Assembly (NCBI GenBank): GCA_038821645.1
Contig: JAWBDT010000016.1
Coordinates: 1 to 43,497 of the forward strand
Direction of reading: 5' to 3'
Origin: Ignisphaera sp.
Lineage (GTDB): Archaea > Thermoproteota > Thermoprotei_A > Sulfolobales > Ignisphaeraceae
DNA length: 43,497 nt
The stretch's first letter is position 1. Each line of letters opens with the position of its first letter. The notes beneath the pieces were generated by a model. That model was not told the origin of the DNA. It ran no database searches and was given only the letters and a program-made list of their open reading frames with translations. The translations under genes and the position numbers were made by a program. Positions 1-9,226 of the stretch are shown in pieces.

Positions 1-797
1 TCTTTGAATGCTTCAACAACATCTCTAAGCTTGACTTTCGATAAACTTTCTCTTTCTACCTCATCAAGTTTTAGTTCATGGCCAATAACGTAAGATAGTA
101 TTACTAGTTTTGCAGCTGCATCAACACCATCTATATCGAGTGTTGGATCTGCTTCTGCTATACCCATTGCTTGAGCTCTTTTCAAAGCTTCATCAAAGTC
201 TATAAGTTTCTCATGCATTTCTGTGAGTATGAAATTCGTTGTAGCATTCAATATCCCGTCTATTCTCTCTATATCCTCACTCTTTAAACTCATAATCATG
301 TCAATAAGTGGTGTACCTCCCATAACCGTTGATCTGAATCTGATACTGATTTTCTTACTTCTAGCTAGATTCATTAACTCTTTAAACTTTAGAACAAGAG
401 GTGCCTTATTTGCTGTTACTACATGGACTCCTCTACTTAATGCAAAAGTTATATTACTTAACCCTGGCTCGCCATTGATGTAGTTAGCTGGTGTAAGTTC
501 TATATGTATATCAGGTTGCACAGCATCATACATGTACTTTAAATCTGCATAGCTATATGCATAAGGAATAAACAAGTTTACTCCAGATCTAGGCACTTCA
601 CTAAGTTTTAGAAGCTCATACTCAGTAAAACCTTCATACTTCACGGCCATACCCTTAGAATCAGCTACTCCTACAACAGTCAACACTACTCCATACTTAT
701 CTTCAATCATTTTCCTCTTTAAAGCGAGAACCCTAGCAAAAGCTCTACCCACAGAACCAAATCCTATTACAACAATTCTAAAGGTCTTTAAACCCAT
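1..797 (-). CDS. hom: homoserine dehydrogenase (3' end runs off the window)
   Basis: Manual translation from ATG at 797 (SD GGTGA 5 nt upstream): MGLKTFRIVVIGFGSVGRAFA Rossmann motif; later GIAEADPTLDIDGVDAAAKL. Not in the ORF track because no stop lies in the window. Confidence 0.93.
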   Translation of the reverse strand, partial: MGLKTFRIVVIGFGSVGRAFARVLALKRKMIEDKYGVVLTVVGVADSKGMAVKYEGFTEYELLKLSEVPRSGVNLFIPYAYSYADLKYMYDAVQPDIHIELTPANYINGEPGLSNITFALSRGVHVVTANKAPLVLKFKELMNLARSKKISIRFRSTVMGGTPLIDMIMSLKSEDIERIDGILNATTNFILTEMHEKLIDFDEALKRAQAMGIAEADPTLDIDGVDAAAKLVILSYVIGHELKLDEVERESLSKVKLRDVVEAFK

Positions 798-798
798 A

Positions 799-1760
799 CT
801 ACTCACCCAGGATCTCTGCACCTTTGTGACTTACCCTGGTTACTATGAGATCTGAGTACAGACCCTTATCATTGAGAAAAGATATAAGCTTTTTACCCAC
901 ATTAAGAGCTTCTTCACTAGATCTATATATCGAAAATACTGCTGGTCCTGCACCGCTTATGTTGAATCCCAAGGCTCCAAGCTTTAACGCTAGTTCCTTT
1001 AGTTCATAGTAGTAAGGTATGAGATTAGACCTATAAGGTTCAGCAATAAAGTCCGTTGATACTGCTTCACCGAAGAGCTCTATATCATTACTCATTAATG
1101 CGTACATAAGTTTTGCAAGAGCTGAAGACTGTTTAACATATGTAGCTAAATCTATACTCTTAGGTAAGACAGATCTTGCGAACTCTGTCTTTCTACTAAC
1201 TTTAACTACACCTTTGGGAATGACTATAGCTATATGAATCGGAAAACTGGGTTTTATCTTGTATACTCTTTCCTTATTCAGATCAAGAACAACTATACCT
1301 CCAAAAAGGCTTGCTGCAACATTATCGTAGTGTGGCGTACCTACAGCTGCAGCCTCACCTTCTCCCGCGATCTTGAGCATTTCATATTCATCGTGTTCCC
1401 TATTGAGAAACTTCATAAATGCATAAGCAGTAGCAGCTGAAGAGGCTCCCGAGCTACCTAACCCACTTGCTGGTGGAACGCCTTTAACAATATTAATTGC
1501 TATATCAATGTCATATAAACCGTATTTCGCAATAACGTTTTGTGCAATAGCGTAAACTATGTTGTCTTTTCCTAAAGGAACATCTAAACCTTCTACCTTA
1601 ATATCAATTGATCCATTACCTCTACACACAGTAACTTCAACAATATCATAGATTCCCTCTATTGCCATAGCAAGAATATCAAATCCAGGACCTATATTGG
1701 CTATAGATGCAGGTGCCCTTACTTTAATACTTGTACAATTACCTATAGTGTTTGGCGCAT
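799..1760 (-). CDS. thrB: homoserine kinase (GHMP family); true start unresolved because the SD-led ATG at 1760 is one base out of frame
   Basis: PPASGLGSSGA, HYDNVAASL and ISGAGP motifs. The frame is open upstream of 1668 and encodes the conserved KVRAPASIANIGPGFD, but has no in-frame ATG/GTG/TTG before the TAA near 1771. Confidence 0.9.
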
Positions 1761-1796
1761 CAAAATCACCTTACCTAGTATTCTAACATGATAGTG

Positions 1797-1810
1797 TTTA
1801 AAAATTTTTA
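1797..1810 (-). promoter_or_regulatory. BRE/TATA box for thrB-hom
   Basis: Minus strand reads TAAAAA-TTTTTAAA, about 30 nt upstream of the SD GGTGA at 1770-1766. Confidence 0.55.
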
Positions 1811-1817
1811 GGTACTT

Positions 1818-2237
1818 CTAAACCCATGTTCTTAGCACTATCATTGTATATGTGCTTACGACACCAGGGATAGATCTTATTTCATCTATAAATCTATTTA
1901 CAGTATCGACACCTGTAGCTCTAGCAATGACTACGATATCGTATTCGCCAGTAACTTCGTAAACTACATCGACACCAACGATTCTTTTGATGTTTTTTGA
2001 AACCTCTGGTACAGGTGTTGGGGGCTGTGTTTTTACGAGAATTACTGCTTTTAGTTCATTTTCGAGTTCATATTCTATAGTCATCTTTTTAATTACTCCA
2101 CTTTTAACTAATTTCGATATCCTTTTTCTAACAGCTCCTTCACTTATCCCAAGTTCTCGAGCAAGTTTAGAGTAAGAAGTTCTAGCGTTTTCTTTTAGAA
2201 GCTGAAGAAGTTTGAGATCTATGTCATCTATAGGCAT
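1818..2237 (-). CDS. lysM: Lrp/AsnC-family regulator LysM
   Basis: HTH ARTSYSKLARELGISEGAVRKRI and RAM-domain VTGEYD; lysY-lysZ-lysM order as in Sulfolobales. Confidence 0.88.
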   Translation of the reverse strand: MPIDDIDLKLLQLLKENARTSYSKLARELGISEGAVRKRISKLVKSGVIKKMTIEYELENELKAVILVKTQPPTPVPEVSKNIKRIVGVDVVYEVTGEYDIVVIARATGVDTVNRFIDEIRSIPGVVSTYTMIVLRTWV

Positions 2238-2238
2238 T

Positions 2239-3048
2239 TTACCCCCTAATAATTGCCGTACCTCCTCCTCTTAAAGCATTTAGAATAGGGTCTTCGATTA
2301 ATCCTGAAGATATCACAACTTTTTCTACACCTTCTTCAACAGCTTTCTTTGCTAACATTATCTTTCTGTTCATACCCATACCTATTTTATTGATAATGTT
2401 ATCTACCTCAGATGTCTTTATTTCTCTAATTAAAGAATTGTCTAGTATTACTCCATCAACATCAGATAACATTATCAATGCATTGGCTTTAAGCGCTACA
2501 GCTATAGCATATGCAGCCTGATCTCCATCAACATTAAGTAACGTACCCTCACTATCTATAGCTATAGGTGATACAACAACAACATAATTTTCATCTATTA
2601 GCTTCTGAATTAAATTTACTTCAACTCTAATTATTTTACCTGTATAGCCTCCATCTATAACTCTCTTTCTACCTTTCTCATCTACAATCACTATCCTTTT
2701 CTTTCTTTCAGCAATAAGCGTAGGTCCATCAGCTCCACTAATTCCTATGGCCTTAACGTTAAATGCAATTAGTCTAGATACTATAGATTTATTGATTTTA
2801 CCAGCCATGACCATTACATAGACTTCGAGCTCATTCTCATCTGTATACCTACTCCTGATACCTTCGGGAGACACCACGAATTTTGGTTCTATACCTAATC
2901 TCTTACACATATCTGTAACAGCATCTCCACCACCATGAATAAATACAACCTTATCTCTATCAACAACATTAACTATACCTCTAACTATCCCATTCATGTT
3001 CTTATCTAAGGCTCTTCCACCAGCTTTAACAACAATAACCATGGCCAT
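2239..3048 (-). CDS. lysZ: [LysW]-aminoadipate/glutamate kinase
   Basis: Amino-acid kinase motifs VKAGG, HGGG, SRYTD and LNVDGD; position in the lys cluster. Confidence 0.93.
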   Translation of the reverse strand: MAMVIVVKAGGRALDKNMNGIVRGIVNVVDRDKVVFIHGGGDAVTDMCKRLGIEPKFVVSPEGIRSRYTDENELEVYVMVMAGKINKSIVSRLIAFNVKAIGISGADGPTLIAERKKRIVIVDEKGRKRVIDGGYTGKIIRVEVNLIQKLIDENYVVVVSPIAIDSEGTLLNVDGDQAAYAIAVALKANALIMLSDVDGVILDNSLIREIKTSEVDNIINKIGMGMNRKIMLAKKAVEEGVEKVVISSGLIEDPILNALRGGGTAIIRG

Positions 3049-3056
3049 GACACCCC

Positions 3057-4127
3057 TTAGGCAGGTTTTAATGGAATAATCTCTAGACCTGCTTTCTCGT
3101 CAAACCCCATAGCTATATTGAAGGCTTGAACAGCTTGACCTGCAGCACCTTTCATTAGATTGTCTATTGCGCAAAACGATGTCAATCTCTTAACCCTTCG
3201 TTCAACAGCAAACCCCACATCAGCATAATTACTCCCAATAACATATTTAGGATCTGGATACCCTGGAGGAATTCTATAGATTACCCTAACGAATGGTTCA
3301 CCCTTATACGTGTTTACATATGCTTTAAGTATCTCTAGATCTTCGAGATCTTTAATCAGCCATGTATGTGTAGATGCAAGAGCTCCTCGTATAGTTCCTA
3401 CTGCATGGGGAACCATAGAGATTGTTACTTCTCTTCCGGCTAGCAAACTTATCTCTTGTTCAACTTCTGCTACATGTCTATGGCCCTCAGGATCGTAAGG
3501 CCTGATGCATCCTTCTCTTTCGGGATGATGATCGCCTATAGAAGGTTTAGAACCTGCTTCGCTACTTCCAACCTTTACATCAACAACGATTTTCTCTAAA
3601 TCTATCAATTTATTCTTGACTAAGGGTATTAATGAAAGTATAGTTGCTGTAGCGTTACATCCTGGAGAAGCAATAAGCTGTGCTTTTCTTAATTCATCTC
3701 TATGGAGCTCGGGTAAACCATATACAGCTTTTTTCAATAGATCTGGATATTTATGTTCGACTCCATACCATATTTTGTATGCTTCAGGATTCTTTAACCT
3801 AAAATCCGCACTTAAATCAATAACCTTTAGACCTACTTCAAGAAGCTTCGGTACATACTGAATAGAGACGCCATGAGGTAATGACAAGAATACTGTATCA
3901 CAATTACTTGCTACTTCATCCAAATTAATGTTACTAAACTTTAGATTCCTATACACACCTCTAAGATTAAAATGAACATAGTGAATAGGCTTACCAGCAT
4001 ACTCTCTGGATGTTGTTAATGTAACTTCTACATGTGGATGTTGAGCAAGAATTCTTAATAATTCTCCTCCCGTATACCCTGAACCCCCTAATACACATGC
4101 TTTTATTTTACCGCTCAATATTGTCAC
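3057..4127 (-). CDS. lysY: [LysW]-aminoadipyl/glutamyl-phosphate reductase (ArgC family); likely start TTG 4118
   Basis: GGSGYTG, DLSADFRL, ASPGCNAT (catalytic Cys) and DNLMKGAAGQA. Confidence 0.93.
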   Translation of the reverse strand: MTILSGKIKACVLGGSGYTGGELLRILAQHPHVEVTLTTSREYAGKPIHYVHFNLRGVYRNLKFSNINLDEVASNCDTVFLSLPHGVSIQYVPKLLEVGLKVIDLSADFRLKNPEAYKIWYGVEHKYPDLLKKAVYGLPELHRDELRKAQLIASPGCNATATILSLIPLVKNKLIDLEKIVVDVKVGSSEAGSKPSIGDHHPEREGCIRPYDPEGHRHVAEVEQEISLLAGREVTISMVPHAVGTIRGALASTHTWLIKDLEDLEILKAYVNTYKGEPFVRVIYRIPPGYPDPKYVIGSNYADVGFAVERRVKRLTSFCAIDNLMKGAAGQAVQAFNIAMGFDEKAGLEIIPLKPA

Positions 4128-4246
4128 CAGTTTTCAGGAAAGGCTAAAGCTTTGTTCTAATTTAAGAATTTTTCAGCTACATAAACTCTGATCCACTTAA
4201 TATGTATCAGAATTTACTAGAAATTTGATATATGTTGTATGGGTAA

Positions 4247-4260
4247 GTACGAATCTGAAC
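4247..4260. promoter_or_regulatory. imperfect palindrome GTAC-GAATCT-GAAC, candidate LysM/Lrp operator
   Basis: Lies in the lysY/lysW divergent intergenic region; related 14-mers at 13397 and 31706. Confidence 0.45.
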
Positions 4261-4367
4261 AAAAGGGCTACATAAACTCGTACTGAGTATTAGTAGTTTT
4301 ACATATAACCCCTGTTTCGATAAGGAAGCTAGGTCTTGACTGAAACAGAATTTAGGTTTGATGGAAC

Positions 4368-4538
4368 ATGCCTGAAGTGAAATGTCCCATATGTGGAGGA
4401 AGTGTAGAACTGCCAGACGATGTGGTATCAGGAGAAATAGTAGAACATGATTGTGGAGTTTCACTAGAGGTAGTTGTTGAAGGTAAAGAGCTGAAACTCA
4501 AACCATTTGAGGATGTAGGTGAGGATTGGGGAGAATAA
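4368..4538 (+). CDS. lysW: amino-group carrier protein LysW (56 aa)
   Basis: Manual translation MPEVKCPICGGSVELPDDVVSGEIVEHDCGVSLEVVVEGKELKLKPFEDVGEDWGE: Zn ribbon plus C-terminal EDWGE; below the ORF-track length cutoff. Confidence 0.97.
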   Translation: MPEVKCPICGGSVELPDDVVSGEIVEHDCGVSLEVVVEGKELKLKPFEDVGEDWGE

Positions 4539-4542
4539 GTAG

Positions 4543-5412
4543 GTGGGGTTTATTGCCCAAGTCGGTATAGCTTATGAAGTAATCAGATGGGAAGAAAAGG
4601 CGTTAACTGAAGCTGCAAAAGAGCTTGGTCTTGAACCTAAACTTATCCACCTTCACTCTACATATCTTCTTGTTGGACTTAATGGAAAGAAGAGTCTAGA
4701 TCCAGCTTTATCAGTTGTCCTACAGAGAGCTATAAGTCATGCCATAGCGTTAAACTCTACATTAGCTTTCGAGTCCATGGGTCTTAGAGTTGTAAATAAC
4801 TCGCTATCAACAGCCATAGCCATGAACAAGTTATGGACAATAAAGATGTTGTCTAACATAGGAATATCTGTACCAAATACTGCTATATCTTTTGATTTCG
4901 ATTCCTGTCTAAAGGCTACAAATGTATTGGGGTATCCAGTAGTCATTAAGCCTATAGATGGTAGCTGGGGAAGGCTCATAGCTATGGCTAGAGATGAAGA
5001 GGAATTGAGAGCTGTAATAGAGCATAGAAGCTATATCCCGAACCCAATAATGAAGGTAAATATGCTCCAAGAATTTGTCAAGAAACCTAATAGAGATATA
5101 AGGGTGTTTGTTATCGGTGAGGAAGTTCCAGCAGCAATATATAGAGTGAGTAACCATTGGATAACAAATACAGCGAGAGGAGGTATAGCTCTTCCAGCTA
5201 AAGTAGATTCAACACTAGAGGAGTTGGCATTAAAGGTGGCCAGATCGTTAAATGCTGAAATAGTTGGTGTTGATATATTCGAGGATCCTGAGAGAGGTTA
5301 CATAGTCAATGAAGTTAATGCTATTCCGGAATTCAAGAATACTGTAAAGGCTACAGGATGCCCTATACACATAAAGATAATGGAGTACATAAAGAGTTTG
5401 GTGAAGAAGTAG
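4543..5412 (+). CDS. lysX: ATP-grasp alpha-aminoadipate--LysW ligase
   Basis: RimK-like VIKPIDGSWGR, QEFV, RDIRV, WITNTARG and EVNAIPEFKN; directly after lysW. Confidence 0.92.
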   Translation: MGFIAQVGIAYEVIRWEEKALTEAAKELGLEPKLIHLHSTYLLVGLNGKKSLDPALSVVLQRAISHAIALNSTLAFESMGLRVVNNSLSTAIAMNKLWTIKMLSNIGISVPNTAISFDFDSCLKATNVLGYPVVIKPIDGSWGRLIAMARDEEELRAVIEHRSYIPNPIMKVNMLQEFVKKPNRDIRVFVIGEEVPAAIYRVSNHWITNTARGGIALPAKVDSTLEELALKVARSLNAEIVGVDIFEDPERGYIVNEVNAIPEFKNTVKATGCPIHIKIMEYIKSLVKK

Positions 5413-6611
5413 TGTTGAAGTACTTAATGCTATATGAGGATAGAGGTCTAGATATAGAGTATGCTGAAGCACAATATGTGTGGGATAAGAATGGAAAAAG
5501 ATATCTAGACATGTACACAGGTCATGGAGTAGCCTTCCTAGGACACAAACATCCACGTGTAGTTAAAGCATTAATTGATCAGATTAACAACATAATGACT
5601 TTACCAACATCATTTAGGATAAGAGTAAGAGATGAGATGCTTGAAGTTCTCTCGAGAATTATTCCAAAGAGATATGAATATGTTTATCTACTTAATAGTG
5701 GTAGTGAAGCTGTTGATTTTGCTCTAAAGATCTGTAGAAAAGTTACGAGACGTAGAAAGATTATCTATTTTACAGGCTCGTTTCATGGAAGAACATATGG
5801 AGCATTATCAATTACATCTAATCCTAAATATAGAGAAGGATTCGAACCACTTTTACCAGAAACTGTTCAGATAAAATTCAATAGTATAGATGATGTGGAT
5901 AAATATGTTGATGATGCTACAGCTTGTGTTATTTTAGAACTTATACAAGGTGAAGGAGGTATCAATATAGCTGATGAAGAATTCGTAAGATTTGTAAGAA
6001 AGAAAACAGAAGAAGTGGGAGCATTAATGGTTGTAGACGAGATACAAACTGGCTTCGGTAGAACTGGATCTGTATGGCTCTTCGAGCAATACGGCATTGA
6101 ACCTGACATGTTTCTAGCTGGAAAGGCAATTGGTGGAGGATTTCCTGTTAGCGCTATATTTCTACCCAGAGATATAGGTGAGAAAATGGAGATTGGGAGT
6201 CATGGATCTACCTATGGCGGTAACCCGCTAGCATGTGTAGCTGTAAAAGCATCGACAGAGGTTCTTATAGAGGAGAATGTAGCTTTACAGGCAGAAGCAA
6301 AAGGCAAAATGTTCATAGATATGCTTAAGAATAAGTTGAAGGATTACAGAATAGTTAAGGAAGTTAGAGGTAGAGGACTTATGATAGGTGTTGATCTTAG
6401 ACTAAGACCAGGAGAAATCATTAAGTGTATGCAACAGAATGGAGTGATAGCCCTTAAAGCTGGCAACACCATTGTGAGATTTTTAGCCCCATATGTGATC
6501 ACCAATAACAATATAGAACAAGCGGTGGAGACTCTTGATAAATGCATCAATCAGGAACTTAGCAATAGACATGCTTCTGGATCTACTCAAGATCTACAGT
6601 CCTCCGCGTAG
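5412..6611 (+). CDS. lysJ: [LysW]-aminoadipate semialdehyde aminotransferase (class III PLP)
   Basis: LNSGSEA, SFHGRT, DEIQTGFGRTG and AGKAIGGG; start moved to GTG 5412 (SD GGTGA 7 nt upstream) from the ORF-track 5358. Confidence 0.92.
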   Translation: MLKYLMLYEDRGLDIEYAEAQYVWDKNGKRYLDMYTGHGVAFLGHKHPRVVKALIDQINNIMTLPTSFRIRVRDEMLEVLSRIIPKRYEYVYLLNSGSEAVDFALKICRKVTRRRKIIYFTGSFHGRTYGALSITSNPKYREGFEPLLPETVQIKFNSIDDVDKYVDDATACVILELIQGEGGINIADEEFVRFVRKKTEEVGALMVVDEIQTGFGRTGSVWLFEQYGIEPDMFLAGKAIGGGFPVSAIFLPRDIGEKMEIGSHGSTYGGNPLACVAVKASTEVLIEENVALQAEAKGKMFIDMLKNKLKDYRIVKEVRGRGLMIGVDLRLRPGEIIKCMQQNGVIALKAGNTIVRFLAPYVITNNNIEQAVETLDKCINQELSNRHASGSTQDLQSSA

Positions 6612-7620
6612 AGAAGGTCAGGCAATAGAACTCTTGAAAAAGTATGCTGAAGAACTAGGATACGAATATATTGAGACAGATGGTGCTGGAAACCTTATAG
6701 CAGGTTACGGTGAAGGTAACACAATTCTGGCATCTGTAGGACACATAGATACTGTGCCTTGGGAAATACCCGTAAAATTTGATGGCTATACCGTATCTGG
6801 AAGAGGTGCTGTAGATGCTAAAGGTCCATTAGTAGCTGCATTTATAGGATTTGCTTTAGCGAAAGATATGATAGATAGAAAAAGATTTAAGGTTTACGCT
6901 ATAGCGGCTGTTGATGAAGAAGGAGATAGTTTAGGAGCTAAACATCTCCTTAAATCAGGATTTAGAGCTGATGGACTAATAGTTTCTGAGCCTAGCAATG
7001 GTAATGGTGTTGTTGTTGGCTATCGCGGAAGTATGAGGATAAGAATTGTATGTACAGGCTCTGGAGGACATTCATCGTCGTATTCCGAAGACTCTGCATG
7101 TGAAAAACTCATATCTATATGGCAAAGACTTAGAAGTAACTATGGTGTCATTGATGTTAAGAGAAATACAGCATCATTATTGAAACTCTTCTGTGGTGAA
7201 GATGCACCAATAAATCCAAGATATGGCGAGTCTATAATAAGTATAAGGATATCTATAGATGGAGATATATTGAATTTGAAGACAGATATAAATAACATTA
7301 TCAACGATTTTAGTAACTGTAACTGGTATATACTTGACTATACAAAACCTATTAGAACTTCTGTAAATAATCCTGTTGCAAGAGCTTTGACAAGAGCTAT
7401 TATAAAGAATGGATTGAAACCACGAATACTCTATAAATATGGTACTAGCGATATGAATATACTCTACCCAGAGGTTTCTCAAAACATAGCTGCTTATGGT
7501 CCTGGACGATCTGAGCTAGCCCATACAGCAGTAGAAAAAATATCTGTTGATGAGCTTTTACAAGGAATAGAAGTATATAGAGCTGTTGTTGGTGAATTCT
7601 TTAACATATTCAGACCTTGA
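6535..7620 (+). CDS. lysK: [LysW]-lysine/ornithine hydrolase (M20 family)
   Basis: GHIDTV, GRGAVDAKG, DEEG, GTSDMN, YGPG and AHT. Confidence 0.92.
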   Translation: MINASIRNLAIDMLLDLLKIYSPPRREGQAIELLKKYAEELGYEYIETDGAGNLIAGYGEGNTILASVGHIDTVPWEIPVKFDGYTVSGRGAVDAKGPLVAAFIGFALAKDMIDRKRFKVYAIAAVDEEGDSLGAKHLLKSGFRADGLIVSEPSNGNGVVVGYRGSMRIRIVCTGSGGHSSSYSEDSACEKLISIWQRLRSNYGVIDVKRNTASLLKLFCGEDAPINPRYGESIISIRISIDGDILNLKTDINNIINDFSNCNWYILDYTKPIRTSVNNPVARALTRAIIKNGLKPRILYKYGTSDMNILYPEVSQNIAAYGPGRSELAHTAVEKISVDELLQGIEVYRAVVGEFFNIFRP

Positions 7621-7632
7621 TCTCTTTAGAAT

Positions 7633-8340
7633 TTATAGACCTAAATAGAGTTTCGCAAATTCTTCATTTTCTAGAAGATCCTTAGGAGAACCTTCATATC
7701 TAATCTTGCCAGAGACAAGAAGATAGGCTTTATCACTAATTTCTAGAGCTCTTTTAGCATACTGCTCAACTAGAACTATCGTAAGCTTCAATTTATCTCT
7801 TAATTCAACAATTATGTCAAGAACCTTCTTAACAATTATTGGTGCTAAATCTGTTGTTATCTCATCTAAAAGCATTATCTTGGGCTTCTTCATAAGCCCC
7901 ATAGCTATTGCAAGCATCCTTCTTTCTCCACCACTAAGTGTACCTGCTTTTCTATTTAGGAATTCTCCAAGTCTCGGAAATACATCTAAAATCCAACTAA
8001 TTCTGTCTTTTAACTCATTTCTATCCATCTGATAACCAGCTAGTAGGAGATTTTCATAAACTGTTAGTTCTGCAAATATGTTACCCATTTGAGGAACATA
8101 AGATATACCTAGATGAGCCCTTTTATAAGGTTTGAGATAAGTTATGTCAATTCCATCGAACACGATCTTACCATTATAAACATCAGCTAGACCATAAATG
8201 CTATTGAGTAACGTTGATTTACCTGCACCATTAGGACCTACAATAGCTGTAATACCATTCGGTACAGCTATGATATTAATTCCAAACAAAACCTTGAGTT
8301 TTCCATAGCCCGCAAAAAGATCTATAGTACGTAGACTCAA
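7633..8340 (-). CDS. livF: LIV-type ABC transporter ATPase (LivF-like)
   Basis: GPNGAGKST, LSGGERRMLA, LLDE and VEQ. Confidence 0.88.
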   Translation of the reverse strand: MSLRTIDLFAGYGKLKVLFGINIIAVPNGITAIVGPNGAGKSTLLNSIYGLADVYNGKIVFDGIDITYLKPYKRAHLGISYVPQMGNIFAELTVYENLLLAGYQMDRNELKDRISWILDVFPRLGEFLNRKAGTLSGGERRMLAIAMGLMKKPKIMLLDEITTDLAPIIVKKVLDIIVELRDKLKLTIVLVEQYAKRALEISDKAYLLVSGKIRYEGSPKDLLENEEFAKLYLGL

Positions 8341-8343
8341 AAT

Positions 8344-9138
8344 CTATTCACCAACATATATCTCAACAACCTTAGGATCTCTATAGACTATGTCCGGCGA
8401 ACCTTCAGCTATAATTTTTCCTTTATCCATTACGTACACATAGTCAGCAAAAGGTAACGCTATATCTATTCTATGCTCTACTACAATGAACGTAATATCT
8501 GTTTCACCCTTAATTTTTCTTAGTTTCTCGAAAATAGTTTTAGCATAGCTAGGGTCAGTACCACCTATAGGTTCATCAAGAGCTATGAGTTTAGCGTTTG
8601 CTGCTAATGCTCTAGCCACCTCTAGCATTTTAAGCTGACCTGCACCAAGTTTATAAGCCTCTACATCCCAATAATCATCAAGACCTACAAGCTTTAGTAC
8701 CTTGAATGCTTTCTCTATATTCTCTTTTTCAACTTTTCTCCACATAGATCTGAATATGGCGTATAATGGATCTTCACCTCTACTGGTAAAAACAGTTAAC
8801 ACATTCTCTAGAACCGTCAACGATAAAAATGGTTGTGGAATTTGGAAAGATCTAACAAAACCAGCTTTATATACTTCATGAGGAGACCAGCCAGTTATAT
8901 CAATTACACCATTACCTGTAGGCGAAAATAGCACACGACCTTTATCAGGTTTCAGAATTCCTACACAAGTATTTATGAGTGTTGATTTACCTGCACCATT
9001 AGGACCTATCAAGAGTGTTAACGAGTTTCTCTTGATGTTAATATTTACATTATCTAATGCTATAAGACCTCCGAAACGTTTTGTTAACTCAATAGTTGCT
9101 AGAACTACACCATCATGCTTCATGTTTCTATACCTCAA
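8344..9138 (-). CDS. livG: LIV-type ABC transporter ATPase (LivG-like); likely start ATG 9123
   Basis: KRFGGLIAL, GPNGAGKST, RSFQ, LDEP and VEH. Confidence 0.88.
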   Translation of the reverse strand: MRYRNMKHDGVVLATIELTKRFGGLIALDNVNINIKRNSLTLLIGPNGAGKSTLINTCVGILKPDKGRVLFSPTGNGVIDITGWSPHEVYKAGFVRSFQIPQPFLSLTVLENVLTVFTSRGEDPLYAIFRSMWRKVEKENIEKAFKVLKLVGLDDYWDVEAYKLGAGQLKMLEVARALAANAKLIALDEPIGGTDPSYAKTIFEKLRKIKGETDITFIVVEHRIDIALPFADYVYVMDKGKIIAEGSPDIVYRDPKVVEIYVGE

Positions 9139-9226
9139 ATATCTTTAAGTTTAATAATCTCGCTTTTACCTTATACTAAAGTTTAAAAAATTAAAAATGT
9201 TTTAAATCTTTATGGTTATAAGAATA

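Noticed and set aside
4336-4380. Short uORF (TTG ACT GAA ... AAG TGA) overlapping the lysW start
   Set aside because: Only one Lys codon and no enrichment; compatible with chance.
4207-4464. 85-aa minus-strand ORF
   Set aside because: Antisense to lysW and its promoter; lysW explains the region.
6535-6611. 77-bp lysJ/lysK overlap
   Set aside because: Both proteins are complete; the LysJ tail is simple run-on and no frameshift is needed.
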